The position numbers were made by a program, and so were the translations under genes. A stretch of DNA of 56,702 nucleotides, filler included, from Sphacelaria rigidula (lineage: Eukaryota), in the NCBI GenBank assembly GCA_964200075.2. It is 5 parts of 5 records of this genome, joined end to end, with 100 filler letters (N's around TTAATTAATTAA, not from the genome) between each part and the next. Parts side by side here need not be neighbours in the genome. Positions count along the whole stretch, not along the records: positions 11,362 to 22,622 come from CAXNAA020005151.1; positions 22,723 to 33,982 come from CAXNAA020005152.1; 3 more parts are not named here. One strand, given 5' to 3'. A model generated the notes under the pieces. It worked only from the letters and a program-made list of their open reading frames with translations, searched no databases and had not been told where the DNA came from. Numbering within the stretch: the first letter of the stretch is position 1; each line of letters starts with the position of its first letter. Positions 12,976 to 24,257 of the stretch are shown here, piece after piece.

Positions 12976-13206
12976 CTGGTAAAGAACATAGTCCAGGGCA
13001 TCCACAATCACCCCCCCATCCTCTTTCCCGTCCTCTTTTTTTTCACTGCTACTGGTCTCAGCCACAAGCGTGACCTCCTTCATCTCCCGCCGGGCGGCTC
13101 GCGCCGAAGCCCGCATGGCCTCGAGGACGCTACCCGCAGGCATGAGGAGGGCCCCGGAGCAAGCCACATCGGCGACTGCCCCTCCCACAGCAAACTGGAG
13201 CTCCTC
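12976..13206 (-). CDS. ECM29: ECM29 exon 4
   Basis: EELQFAVGGAVAD resembles the Ecm29 'ELQFxVGEAL' segment. Acceptor AACCAG| (an alternative in-frame CACAG| lies 6 nt upstream); donor CAG|GTACGG. Confidence 0.8.
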
Positions 13207-13988
13207 CTGGTTCTGTGCTCGTGACAAAAGTAAACGTAATTGATCGGCACGCAAGAGTTACCAAACGGGAAGATAGGCATGAGGTTAGATATTCGAGCAC
13301 GTGTCCAGAGGGAGCACAGAGCGTGCGGCAAGGCGTCGTGTTATTCTTAATTTTTGTCTCAGTTACCCCGCCCCCCCCCCCCCCCCCTGGGGCGAGTCCG
13401 TGGTCTCAAGGGATCAAGCCATCTCTCCCTCGATACACGCCTTGCATTGGGGCATCATGCATTGAATCTGTACTTCCGAACCGCGTTTCTTCGATATTCA
13501 CTTCCTCATGTTGTCGTCGACGAGAATCAGATATTTCTCCGCAAAAAACTCGATTGCATCTACCAGGAACCAGAGCCGCATTCTTCCGACGTATTTGGTT
13601 CAGTAGTACCTAATAGATCACGGGTGCGCGGCGACAGTAGGGTTGATGAAGTACACACGTGATATAATCCTTATGGATAAGACGTGTGCATTCCACCTGT
13701 GACCCTCGTCGTGTGGAAGATATAATCTTCCCCACGTGAGACAAAAAAAAAAGAAGGCGAAAACAAACAGAAGTCAATGTATCCTTGAACTATCTGCATC
13801 AAGTGAAGCATGTATAAAATAAAGCTGCGTTAAAATGGCGCCCCTTCGCCTCACGCAACAACTGGCCGCTGCTCTTACTCGAGCGAGAAGCTCCGTTCGG
13901 CTCTTCGTCCTGCATACCAATATACGTGCTGCATTTTTTGCCAGCTTCTCCACCCACACACCCACACAAAAATTGCTTACACACGCAC

Positions 13989-14573
13989 CTGGCTCTTGGC
14001 CAAATCAAACAGAACATTGAGAGTCTTGCGCAGCCTGGCGGAGCCCTCTTTTTGGACCATCTTCAGCACCGTTCCTGCCTTCTCGTCCTCAAATGCGCCG
14101 CGCCCCGCTCCTCGACAGCACTTACCCAAGGCCTCGGCCGCCGCCTCAGCCCTCCTGCTCGCATCCGTCGTCTCCCCGAGTATGCATGCCGTCCACAACC
14201 GTTCGAACACCGCCGAAACCGTCGTAACCCTGCCGTCGTCCAAGGCGCCTCCATCGCCGCCGACGCCAGTCCCGCTCGTCGGTTTTTTGTCGTCAGCAGC
14301 GGCCGAAAGTAACGACAAAGCGCCTACCGCGCCCACATTCCCGACGGCACGGCACGCAGCCACGTGCAGAAGGGATACCGGGTGTCCGATGGCGGCGACT
14401 AACGAGGAGAGAGCCATAGGCAAAGTATCGGTCGATAGAACCTCCCATCTTGAGTCACCAGAGGCGGAAGCTTCGGCGAGGCGGGTCAAGGTAGAGCCAA
14501 TAGCGCAGGCGGCGCCATGGCCCGTGCTGATCGCTCGATTGCTAAACCCTGCCGCCCCAGCCATCGTGCAGGG
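13989..14573 (-). CDS. ECM29: ECM29 exon 3
   Basis: TTCAG| acceptor; PCTMAG...GHGAACAIG...LFDLAKSQ; donor CAG|GTGCGT; 585 nt, phase 0. Confidence 0.8.
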
Positions 14574-14934
14574 CTGAATGTTGAATTTTGAGGCAATAAT
14601 CACATTGGAGAAGAAGACAAAATATGAACCGAGACAGACTTCCAGACGGTACCGCAGTCCTGCAGATTGAAAGTATGTAGACATCTAGGCGGTGAGTTGT
14701 TGGGCATTTACAGACATCGTTGAGAACCGAGCTGGAGCAGAAAGCAAGTAACAAATAAGATATAGCGGTGAGGTACTCATGCTTAGGCGTAACGGCGCAA
14801 TCTACACCAAACCATTAATAAATTTCAACCATAGAATCCCTCAACAGTAGAAATAGAAACGAAGTGAATACGGTTCTAACCATGCCCAGGAAGCGGTCGC
14901 TCGCATGCATAACTTCTCTGCATCTTTGTCCCAC

Positions 14935-15885
14935 CTTCAGTTTTAAGCCTAGAGCTCTAAGAAGAGGCACCAACTCCCCATTGGGATCCATGAACACCGC
15001 AGCCGCGCCCGTGATCTCGGCAAACGCCTCCCTGATGTCAGTTGACGCCTCATGCCCAAGCCATTGCTGCAGCCACGGTCCGCGAGAGGCCAGGTTTTTC
15101 GCCACGCCGATCGCCGGTGGAAGCCGCGTCGATCTCTCGGGGCTGCCGCCGACCTCATCCGCCACCGCCGTACCTTGGGCCGCCGGACTGACTACACCCG
15201 GTGACGAATCCCCGACGGCCATTTTCTGCAAGGCCACAGAAGCGGATCGATGCAACAAGACCATCTGAGCATGGCCGTGTTGCCCGTCGGTGGCTGACGG
15301 TGCAGATTTTAGCGTAGACTCGATGAGAGAGATAAACGCGTCGACAGCTTTCACCTCATTTTCGGCGCCTTCGCATTCCGTTGATGCCGTCACCGATTCG
15401 CTCGATGCATCGGTGATGATGTGCTGGTGGGGGTGAGAGTGCGCCCCGCGACATTCGAGTGCAAAGTCTAACGCGCGCGCTAGGGCCGCTGGAGGTAAAT
15501 ATTTACAGCTCACGGGCGCCGGGCCTCCGCCGCGCACCATTGCAGCAGCGTTATCGTCGCGAAGCGCGCCCAGAACGAATGCGGGGAAGGTCGGGTAGCT
15601 GGAAGGCCGTCCACGGATGTCATTATCGGTGCTACCGTCCGAAGCAGCGGGAATAGTGTGCGGCGGCGGGCGAAGGCCACGCGAGGCGACCGACCGGACG
15701 GCCGTAACCTTGTCGTCACAGAGAGATATGCACAGACGGCGGGCGGCGACATTGGAAAAATCGAAAAGCTCGCACGCCCACTCCACTGCGCATAGACGAG
15801 CACGATGTTCGACAGAGATGGCAGCACTCCACAGCAGGGACCACAACTCCGAATCTATCGTGCTCCCGGCGACCTTGTAGGCACC
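14935..15885 (-). CDS. ECM29: ECM29 exon 2
   Basis: Pyrimidine tract plus CATAG| acceptor; reads GAYKVAG...ARLCAVEWACELFDFSNVAARRLCISLCDDK in frame with exon 1; donor AAG|GTGGGA; 951 nt. Confidence 0.85.
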
Positions 15886-16032
15886 CTATGACGACAAACG
15901 GGGCAAACAAAATAGAGGCAACGGGGACAGAAGGCGACGAATCAGCTGTAGCTACTGCAATAGAAGGCGCGCAACTATTCCTCACCGTATTTCAAGCGTA
16001 GTGGCAAATCCACTTACTGAAACATTCCGCAC

Positions 16033-17682
16033 CTTCAGAGCCCCGAGGGCAGCGCTGATTTTGACCCTCAGCCCCGGCTCTTTTGCGGAAAGCTCAGAAA
16101 AGAGCAAACGTGGCACCGATGTATCCCCCTCGAACAATACAGGACGCCGCACGGCGATAGATGCCACCGACTCGTAGCACGCTTCGAGCATCGCCGTGTG
16201 CTGAATCTGCATCGAAAGTGACGCCCCAACTGATAGTGCCCCATTAGTGCCGCTCGCCTCGTTGTTCTGCGAGTTTGCAGAAAGCCCTCCCGCCCCTTCA
16301 GGCCCCGCTGGAGCAGCATTCATTGTTAATACTTTTTGCACCGCCTGGAGTAACAGTGGACCAACCATTGGCAGCACGGTGGCGTCGCATCTCGAAGCGA
16401 TGAACGCCGCTAGCCTTGCCCCGGCTGCCCGAAAACGCGCCTCGTTGGCACGATCGTGATGGGCCGCCCCCGGAGCTCTTGGGAGGGCACCGCTGCTCGT
16501 CGCGGCGCCTCTACTTACACCCGTGAAGAGCGCAAGGAATGACACTCGTACTGCCTCTTTTACTCGAGCCGCCGTTCCCTCAGGACACTCAGTCTCGAGC
16601 CAAGCTAGAGCCCGGACTGCAAGTGCCGCGGACGCTGGCGATCGTGCAGGGGAGACGCCCGCCGCCATCTGTACCGCGACCTTCCCTGTCCCCACGGGGA
16701 CTGGCGGCGGCGGCTTCGGCGGGGCCTGGCTTCCACCCCCGAGCACGAGGTTGAGGACATCCGCCGCTACAGCGGAGTCTCGCTGGAGTGCCCCAGTTCT
16801 GTCAGAGGACGACAGGCTTTTGAGAAGATCTTCTGCCGACTTCACCACCTCGTGATGTGTTCCTGCGGCCATTGCGAGGGCCGGTACCACGGCCGAGGCG
16901 GGGGTGAAGAGGTCGCTCTTGAGAGCTCTCACCACGGCGAGCTTTCGTCGGGTGAGCAGCTCCATCGGCCACGTCTTCTCTTTCATTGTGAGTCGTGCCA
17001 ACCCAGAGGGCGAAAGCCCGTGATAAGCGCTCCCTTCCCGCGTAAGGACCCCCGGATACAAAGCGACGTCGAGGAACCAGTCTGTTACCACCGCCAAATC
17101 GGCGACGTCCAGCTGCTTCTGCGTCGCCGACACTGCTGCCGTTGCTGTTGCTACTTGTGCAACGTCACCTACGGAGCCCTGCTGGGTGGAGTCACCTCCA
17201 CCGTTACCATCGTCGCTACGAAGCGGCAGATGCTCGAGGGCAACTAGCAAGAGGTTGAGCAGTATGTTTTGAGACATGGAGTACCGCTGGAGCCTGGATA
17301 TCCCGCGGGCGATCTCGGCGGCCACGACGCCCTGCTCGACCGCCGGCAGCCGAGGCACCCCCATTTCTAGGAAGGTGATGCTAAAGTTGAATGCGAAAGA
17401 AGTCGGCGAAACGTCTCGACAGACCGCCAGCAGCTGCGAGCACGGGAGCGTGATGGCGGGGTTGGGGCGCGCCCTCTTGCTCACATGACTGAGGATGTCG
17501 ATGACCTTACCCCGCACAGCCGGAGCGTCATTGAGCTTGCGTACCAACCTCGGTAGCAGCTTGTCAAGCACGGCAGGCAGCTTTGCGTCATCTGTTATAA
17601 CTAAGCGATGCAGTACATTTCCCAGGACTGCGATCTCTTGCTCGGTGCTCGCTACTCCAGCAGAAGGTGCTGAAGTTGCCAT
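16033..17682 (-). CDS. ECM29: ECM29 proteasome adaptor/scaffold (HEAT-repeat protein), exon 1
   Basis: ATG at 17682 (MATSAPSAG...). The N-terminus 'EQEIAVLGNVLHRLVITDDAKLPAVLDKLLPRLVRKL...VRGKVIDILSHVSKR...ITLP' matches the Ecm29 N-terminal pattern as I recall it. GT donor (AAG|GTGCGG) at 16032; 1650 nt, phase 0. Confidence 0.88.
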
Positions 17683-20378
17683 AGGATGTCGATGGAAAGC
17701 CGCAGATAGCGCTGTCTTCAGTCGACGCTGATGCAATCCTTGAAGGCGGGCGTCTCTATACTCTCGACTTGACTGCTGCTGTTCTTGTTGCAGCTGTTAC
17801 ACTGTCGATCGGCGCTAGCTACAGGTATCGCTGCGCATAAACGATCAACTTGTCTTCAAAATACACTAGAACAGCAGTGTGATGTATTCAGGAGCTCAGA
17901 TGGCATTGCAATGGTGCCGTGGAGACAAGCGTGGCGAAAGCTCTGAAGAGCGCTTATTACATATCTAGATTTATTTTGTCTTTTCAATTTATATATTTCT
18001 CTACGCGTACAATCAGACCCGTAGGTCAACACCGTTCCTCGTATTCTCAACGATTCGCAACCGTACTGTTGGCACCATAAGCGCAACACGAATTGGGGGG
18101 CAAATTGCCTGGGTGCTAGACGAACTCGATATTTATCGCTACTTGGAAGAGTACCTGAAGCTTCCGTCACGGGGACAGCTGGTGAGTGACCACCAGCATA
18201 GCTAGCATATAGCCTGGAGTTCTTCCGGGTTCGTTGTGAACCCAAATGGCATCCTGTATATATTTCCCTGATTTCACAACTCCGCTCCCTCGAGCTGCGG
18301 TTTGGCAATTTTGTTTGGCAAGTTTCTTCTGTGCGGTACAACAACAATTCCGTAGATATGGTGGAGCGGGCGTTGTTGCCTGTAATTGTCAGGCGTGACT
18401 TATACAGAACAATATTGGGTGCATGCTGTGTGCATTTCTTCAGCGTCCTGGTTAGGACGACGTCGTTGTCCTGCATCACAGTTTTGAGTACTTGCTTTCC
18501 CTCCCTTTTTCTTCCCTGGCGACCCGTGTGCATGTCGGAACGCTCTTCGCGAATGTAGGCTACATACAGGTCTTGTTTCCCTTTGCGACACTCCCGCTCT
18601 CTGGTTGTTCTACGATATGTACAGTACTGGGAGACGTTTGTGTGGTATTTGACCGGGTGCTATCTGCTTTTCAAGACAGGGTATGCTATATCGAGGCAGT
18701 GTACTGCGTATAATCGCAGTCACATCCAGCCCGATTGGCATACCAGGTGACTTGATACCGTGTCATGGGCAATCAGTTGCTTGTGGTATTTGTGGTGGTC
18801 TACCTAACGATTGTTCTCTAGATTGGTTGTCCTGTATAAATAGAAACCATAGTTGGGGTGATTGAAGGTCTGATACCTGGCCGCTGACACTTCCCCTTTC
18901 CTTTTGGTGGCGATCATGATGATGGTGATGACAATAGTCAGTGCTGCGTGCTAATTGGTACGGCTCTGTCAGCGATACAACGGCTTCATCGTGTCCTGCC
19001 TGCGTCTATATATGCACACAGCTTCGTCAACTGTCTGTATGGGGGGTGGTAAACCGTGGGTGTCCATCACCCATTGCCTTACCATCTGCTACGATTACAA
19101 AGTACTGACACTACGGTACTGATTATAGAGATACCTCTCTACGATTTAGAACATTCCGTACAGCACAGCACATCGACATTACAGATAGTACAGAATTATT
19201 TTGAGAATTGTACTGTGGTTTTGACACGTGTGCAGCGCGCGCCAAGAGTGCGATGGGGTCCCATGCGGTCGTCTTACTCAACAGCGGGCACTTTCATAGT
19301 GCAATACAACCAGTACAGTACAGATCTGTGCAAGTGCTGCGTTAGAGTTGGGTTGCATAGTCCATTATTCTGTGTTTGACGCGTACATATCTGTACCTCC
19401 TGCTGTACTCATGGTTTCCCTGTAACGTATAATGGGCGTACCACGAAACACCTGAAGTCGAGGCGCGGAAACGTGACGGCCTGCCAAAACCCCTTCGTTG
19501 CCTGATGTGCACGTCTCTGTCTCTTACGTTGAGACGTCACTCAAGCCACACCCTCCCTCTCTAGCCACCCGAGATTACTTCCTGAAGTGTTGATTGAAAC
19601 GCTTTGGGCGCCAGACCTCTTTTCGGAACAAAATTCGACATTCATCTCAGCCCCCAAAATTAAATCCATCGCCGATTGACCTTCACATTAGAAGTAGGTG
19701 GACCTCTCTTAACAATTTGCTTGGTCTCGACCCCCACCCAGATTGCCGTAAGCCCTATCATCGATTTAGCGTCGGAACCTCGTCATTCAACTGGCACAGC
19801 GTACCTATTACTTACATTAACACGTGGATCTGAACATGAACGTGTCGAGGAATGTGCGGGTGAGAACCCCTGACCGGCTTTGGGTCACAAGTCAAGAGCA
19901 TGTATTTCTTCACGAGGCCATTTTATGGGGTCCGTGTTATCATCGCAGGTGGTGCTCACTTGCGGTCACCTCTGCTTGAATACACCCGAACACCATGTAC
20001 ATTCTTTTTTTACTGTATGGTCTCGGAGTCTTTGTATCATCGGGGCAGTGCCGGCAGCGTCGAGTATAGAGCTCGGAAATGGTTAGTCTAACCATTAACC
20101 AGTTATATAATACATCATGATTTGGTCATTGAGCGGCGCAGCCGCGAGGCACAAAGCCCCCCCCCCCCCTTCACCCGACAGAGGGGGCCCCGCTGGAGGC
20201 GGCGTGCCGAAGGCACGTTTCTACGTGATTTGGCTTCACTAAAGCTCAAAAATACGTTGAAATGGGGGCAATATCCAGGGTCTGTGTGTAGCATACGTAG
20301 CCCGTAACGGTAAATAGTACTTCGAAGTAGTATAATACCATTATCCAAGATTTTCATATAACTATTTACCATTATCAC

Positions 20379-20649
20379 CATTATGAGTGATGCTACGGTA
20401 GGGGTACACAAATATTTCCTGAGGTTAGAACTGTTAGGAGCCCTTCATCTCATCCAAAGCACGACTCATGAAAGTATGCGAGAGTACGCCAGGATAACTA
20501 TTATAATGTGCTGGGAGTATCACGAATTAATCTGCAAACATGGATGCCCTGACCCATATTCTTGTTCTTCTAGAATTGTTGAGAGTCCCTAAACCGGACA
20601 AGATTTCGCAAAAAATGTGCACCCCTACCGTAGCATTGCTCTTATAATG
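20379..20649. mobile_element. Tourist/Harbinger-like MITE
   Basis: TIRs gagtgatgctacggtaggggtacaca / tgtgcacccctaccgtagcattgctc in TTA-rich flanks. Confidence 0.65.
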
Positions 20650-20975
20650 ACAACGGCCAGTTATAACTGGTACCATTTCCGATCTCTAGTCGAGTATGTT
20701 TTGACCCTGGACGGGTGCAGCATGATCTGAAATGCATGTGTTTTTTCAGCTGGTTCATCTTATACCGACCACTTTTCATGCGACCAACAGCACAAATCGA
20801 CCAAGATTGCGTATCTTGACTTTTTTCGCGGCGCTTTTCCGCGTGAAAGAACGGTCTAGCTGGTAATGCCACCTCGGAAAGGCTTGCTCTACTATCTCAG
20901 GTGTTCCCTCACACTAAACAAGAAAAAAAAGAACTGGACGCCATTTCCGGGGCGCGCAGTTCGACGCAGTAGATG

Positions 20976-21327
20976 TGAGGATTTGTACGTAAACAATGGT
21001 TGGTACTTGATTTTAGTTGATTTCAGACTGAACAAAGTTCCGAGAAAATTCATCGTCTGGGGCAGGTGAGCAGTGGTGAGCAGTAGACCCAGCTCGTCCA
21101 GAACGTGTTTTGGTCCAATCGGCTGAAAGGCGTCGATTTGAGCTCTGGCAACGCACACTTTGCCTACGGAACGTCCTGCACCCCCTTGCCCGAGGGTTCT
21201 CGGTATGCCTTGGTCGGGGTTAGCGTTAGCGTTAGCGTTAGCGTTAGCGTTAGCGTTAGCGTTAGCGTTAGCGTTAGGGTTGGCGGCATCTTCATATTAC
21301 CAACCATTGTTTACGTACAAATCCTCA
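20976..21327. repeat. Perfect 30-bp inverted repeat pair enclosing a telomere-like array
   Basis: tgaggatttgtacgtaaacaatggttggta (20976-21005) and its exact reverse complement (21298-21327). Confidence 0.85.
21217..21281 (+). repeat. Telomere-like hexamer array (TTAGCG)9 + TTAGGG
   Basis: Read directly from the sequence. Confidence 0.9.
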
Positions 21328-22347
21328 GATCCCCTCGTTCGACGCGGGGTTGGGCAAGATAAAAACGCGCAAAATCGTAAAACCTTCCCGAATTCTCAGA
21401 AGGTAGTTCGACTCTCTCTCTTTTTTTTTTTGCGACCGCAAGTCAAACTGCTCAGCGCGTGTCCTGGAGCGTGTCTTGGCACTTTTTTTTTTAATCGAAA
21501 AAGTGCGATCGATTTTTGTGTTGCCGATCTGATATGTCCACCGCATTTATGTTCCCAGAAGGCCTCAACTCATGGTTATAACTAGCGGCACGCGGAGAAG
21601 AATTACTCGAGTTGAAAAACAATCATTTCCGATCAAAAACATGCGGTCGAAAGGCACGAAGCGGCACTTGACTCCTATCTTCCAGACCACCACGCCAAAT
21701 GACACCTGTTCACATGACCATGCAAACTGCATCCAACTCATTCCCAGCTACCATCGCAACCCTGCAGCATAGAGCACGAGTTGAGCACAGGGATAGATAC
21801 ACTGCAATAGTCGGGTGTGCTTTGTTTATTTTTTGTTGGCGAAAACTTGCGTATCCTCTCTTATGGTAGAGATCAGGGACGGAACTGCGTGGTACGGTGG
21901 GCAACCGAGTTGCGTGCACGCTCATGGACAGTGCAGGCAGTACAAAGCTGCACGTTGCTGAAGTTCTTTTCACGTCGCACTGTAAGCAGAGAGAACTGAT
22001 AGTCCTGGCCTGTCTGCACTGTACGTTGTTTGCTTCTCCTTCATATTCTCTTGCACGAAACACGCACACACGCACTCAAGACACCCTACTTGCAAGCAGC
22101 GCGAACAGTACAAGCTGCCTGTACTGTACACGAGTGACCGTGTACCGTTTCACGAATTTCAGTCTTTTTTCGATCGAAAGCTTGAAAATCCATCGGGACC
22201 CAACTGCATCGAAACAAGAATATTTCGCTCAGATTGATTCCATCGCCTCATTTTCTCGATCGGAAAGAAAAGTGCGAAGACAGGCCCTTCGCAAACTTGC
22301 GGTGGGGACAAGAAAAATCTGATGGGTCATTACCACAACATAAATGG

Positions 22348-22458
22348 CACGGGTGGCCACTCGGGTGCCTGCAACCTCAAACTTTGAACGTTACAGACGT
22401 TGCACAAGGTCTGTAACGTTCAAATTTGAGGTTGCAGGCACCCCAGTGGCCACCCGTG
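22348..22458. repeat. Near-perfect 111-bp hairpin (mini-MITE or small-RNA precursor candidate)
   Basis: ~50-bp stem cacgggtggccact.gggtgcctgcaacctcaaa.tttgaacgttacagac with a ~10-nt loop. Confidence 0.85.
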
Positions 22459-22622
22459 GGTCAAAGGCATGCGTTGACGACATACTACCGTACCTCCGGT
22501 GGGGGGATGAGAGACGGGGCGCTATCCTAATCGGTTTGTTCCTTATTGCTTCTTCAGGATAGCTTCTCCATGAATGTAGCGCTGTTGTGTTGGCGCCAAC
22601 ACGGTCAGCCTTATTTCTTTCG

Positions 22623-22722
22623 NNNNNNNNNNNNNNNNNNNNNNNNNNNNNNNNNNNNNNNNNNNNTTAATTAATTAANNNNNNNNNNNNNNNNNNNNNN
22701 NNNNNNNNNNNNNNNNNNNNNN
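22623..22722. other. Artificial contig spacer
   Basis: Identical 100-bp linker. Confidence 0.97.
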
Positions 22723-23200
22723 CTCCCCCCCCCGTTTCCTTCCCCTCGAAAGGGATGCATTGTCAATGATCAAACGACTAAGGCAAGCAACAAATGAGTA
22801 CGCCCCCCCCCCCCCGTTTCCCGGCTTTATAGGAATGCCAGATCAAGTCTTACATGAAAACGGCATGCAAGATCATGAGTACACCCCCCCCTTCCCCGTT
22901 TCAAGAAAACAGGTGTCATTGAGGGGAAGCGTGCAGCCCCTAATCTTCAGTCGGGTTGAATTCTCTCAGGCGTAGGCTGTTGTTCAAGCCACGGGCAAGT
23001 TTCGAGTACTCGTGGGCTCATTGTGGGGTACTACTAACGTCGATGTACATATCCCCACTGTTCCGGTGTTCTTGCAAAAAGCTTGCACAGAGACCCCCTT
23101 TCGCGCCTCTCTGTCTACTGCCCTCTGCTTTCATTTGTCTCACCAACCATGCGCCTGAAGAAGTCATCCCACGGTGGGGAGCGGTGATGTTTCCATAAAA

Positions 23201-23275
23201 CTGATTGATTGATTGACTGTCGCACTTGAGCGGACCCCCCAGGGATTCAGCCGTGATCACATGATACACGTACCC
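23201..23275 (-). repeat. Orphan copy of the RTE LINE 3' terminus
   Basis: ctgattgattgattgactgtcgcac...gacccccagggattcagccgtgatcacatgata..cgtaccc matches 3710-3778. Confidence 0.8.
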
Positions 23276-24257
23276 TCGTTCTCTCCACCCTCAAGATGAC
23301 GGGCGGGCCATTACACCACCAGGGCGCCGGAAATTGTCGCGCGAAACAAGCCGTTTTGAGCCGTTTTTTGAGGCAGTGCAGAAAGAACTTCATTGACCTT
23401 CATGTCGATATCCAGCAAAATATCAGTAGCTTGACGGCTCGTCCCGCAAAAATACACATACACAGGTGTGATGCTGTACACAACACGAATGAACCTCGTT
23501 GTTTGGGGGGGAGGGAAATGTACACCCCCGCTCTCACTTTCATCGTGGGATGGCCCTCAGGTCAAGACAGGCTCTCAATTTCCCTCATACATCTATCTTC
23601 GCCCTGGCCCCTCATTTTGTCACCATCTCCGGAATGCCACCGTATAAGTCTCTTTCACACTACAGCAAATAACCACTCGCACCCCCGCAGCCTGCGAACA
23701 CAGTCTCGTACGAGCCAGCCATCATCCAGTGAGCACAAAAAGCGCCCACATCACCTCAGGGCCCTGCCTGTTGCAGAGCCCCACACCCCACCCCCCACCT
23801 TGCCCCTCCCATCCTACTCCGCGACTCCTCACATAACAAGCCGGCGATTTCTCCAAGAAATCCTCTGGCCTGTTTCTCGTGACCCCTGCATCAAACCCCC
23901 TTGAATATCTTGGTCCATACAAGTCTTTGGCGTTCATCAAAGCCGAGCGCGAGATCACGGCCTTCTCGCACGACTCGTTGCTAATATACAGTATGGACGG
24001 GCGGACTTCAGTACATCGGCCCCTTCCTGCGCCATCCCCCGTGTTTCGACCTCTCGACTAAAGCCCCCTGAATATTTGTATCACTAATCTACGGTGTCAT
24101 GTTATTTATACTGTACACTACATCTTCTCTGTACATCTATTTGGGAGGTAACTGCACATCAACAGTTAATTTGCCCGTCCGCTATACATGTATACTGTAC
24201 AGACAAGGACAAACAGTAATGTGGTCACAAAGGTGAAAAAAAACTGTAAGATCAACA

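Noticed and set aside
17683-17736. N-terminal extension of ECM29 in the ORF track
   Set aside because: Begins at TTG; the first ATG is at 17682. The same applies to the TTG start at 26708.
17856-18533. 225-aa ORF upstream of ECM29
   Set aside because: No recognisable domain or splice linkage; probably chance or decayed TE sequence.
23296-23904. 202-aa ORF downstream of the disordered-protein gene
   Set aside because: Pro/Ser/His-rich with no motif, adjacent to repeat debris; no support for coding.
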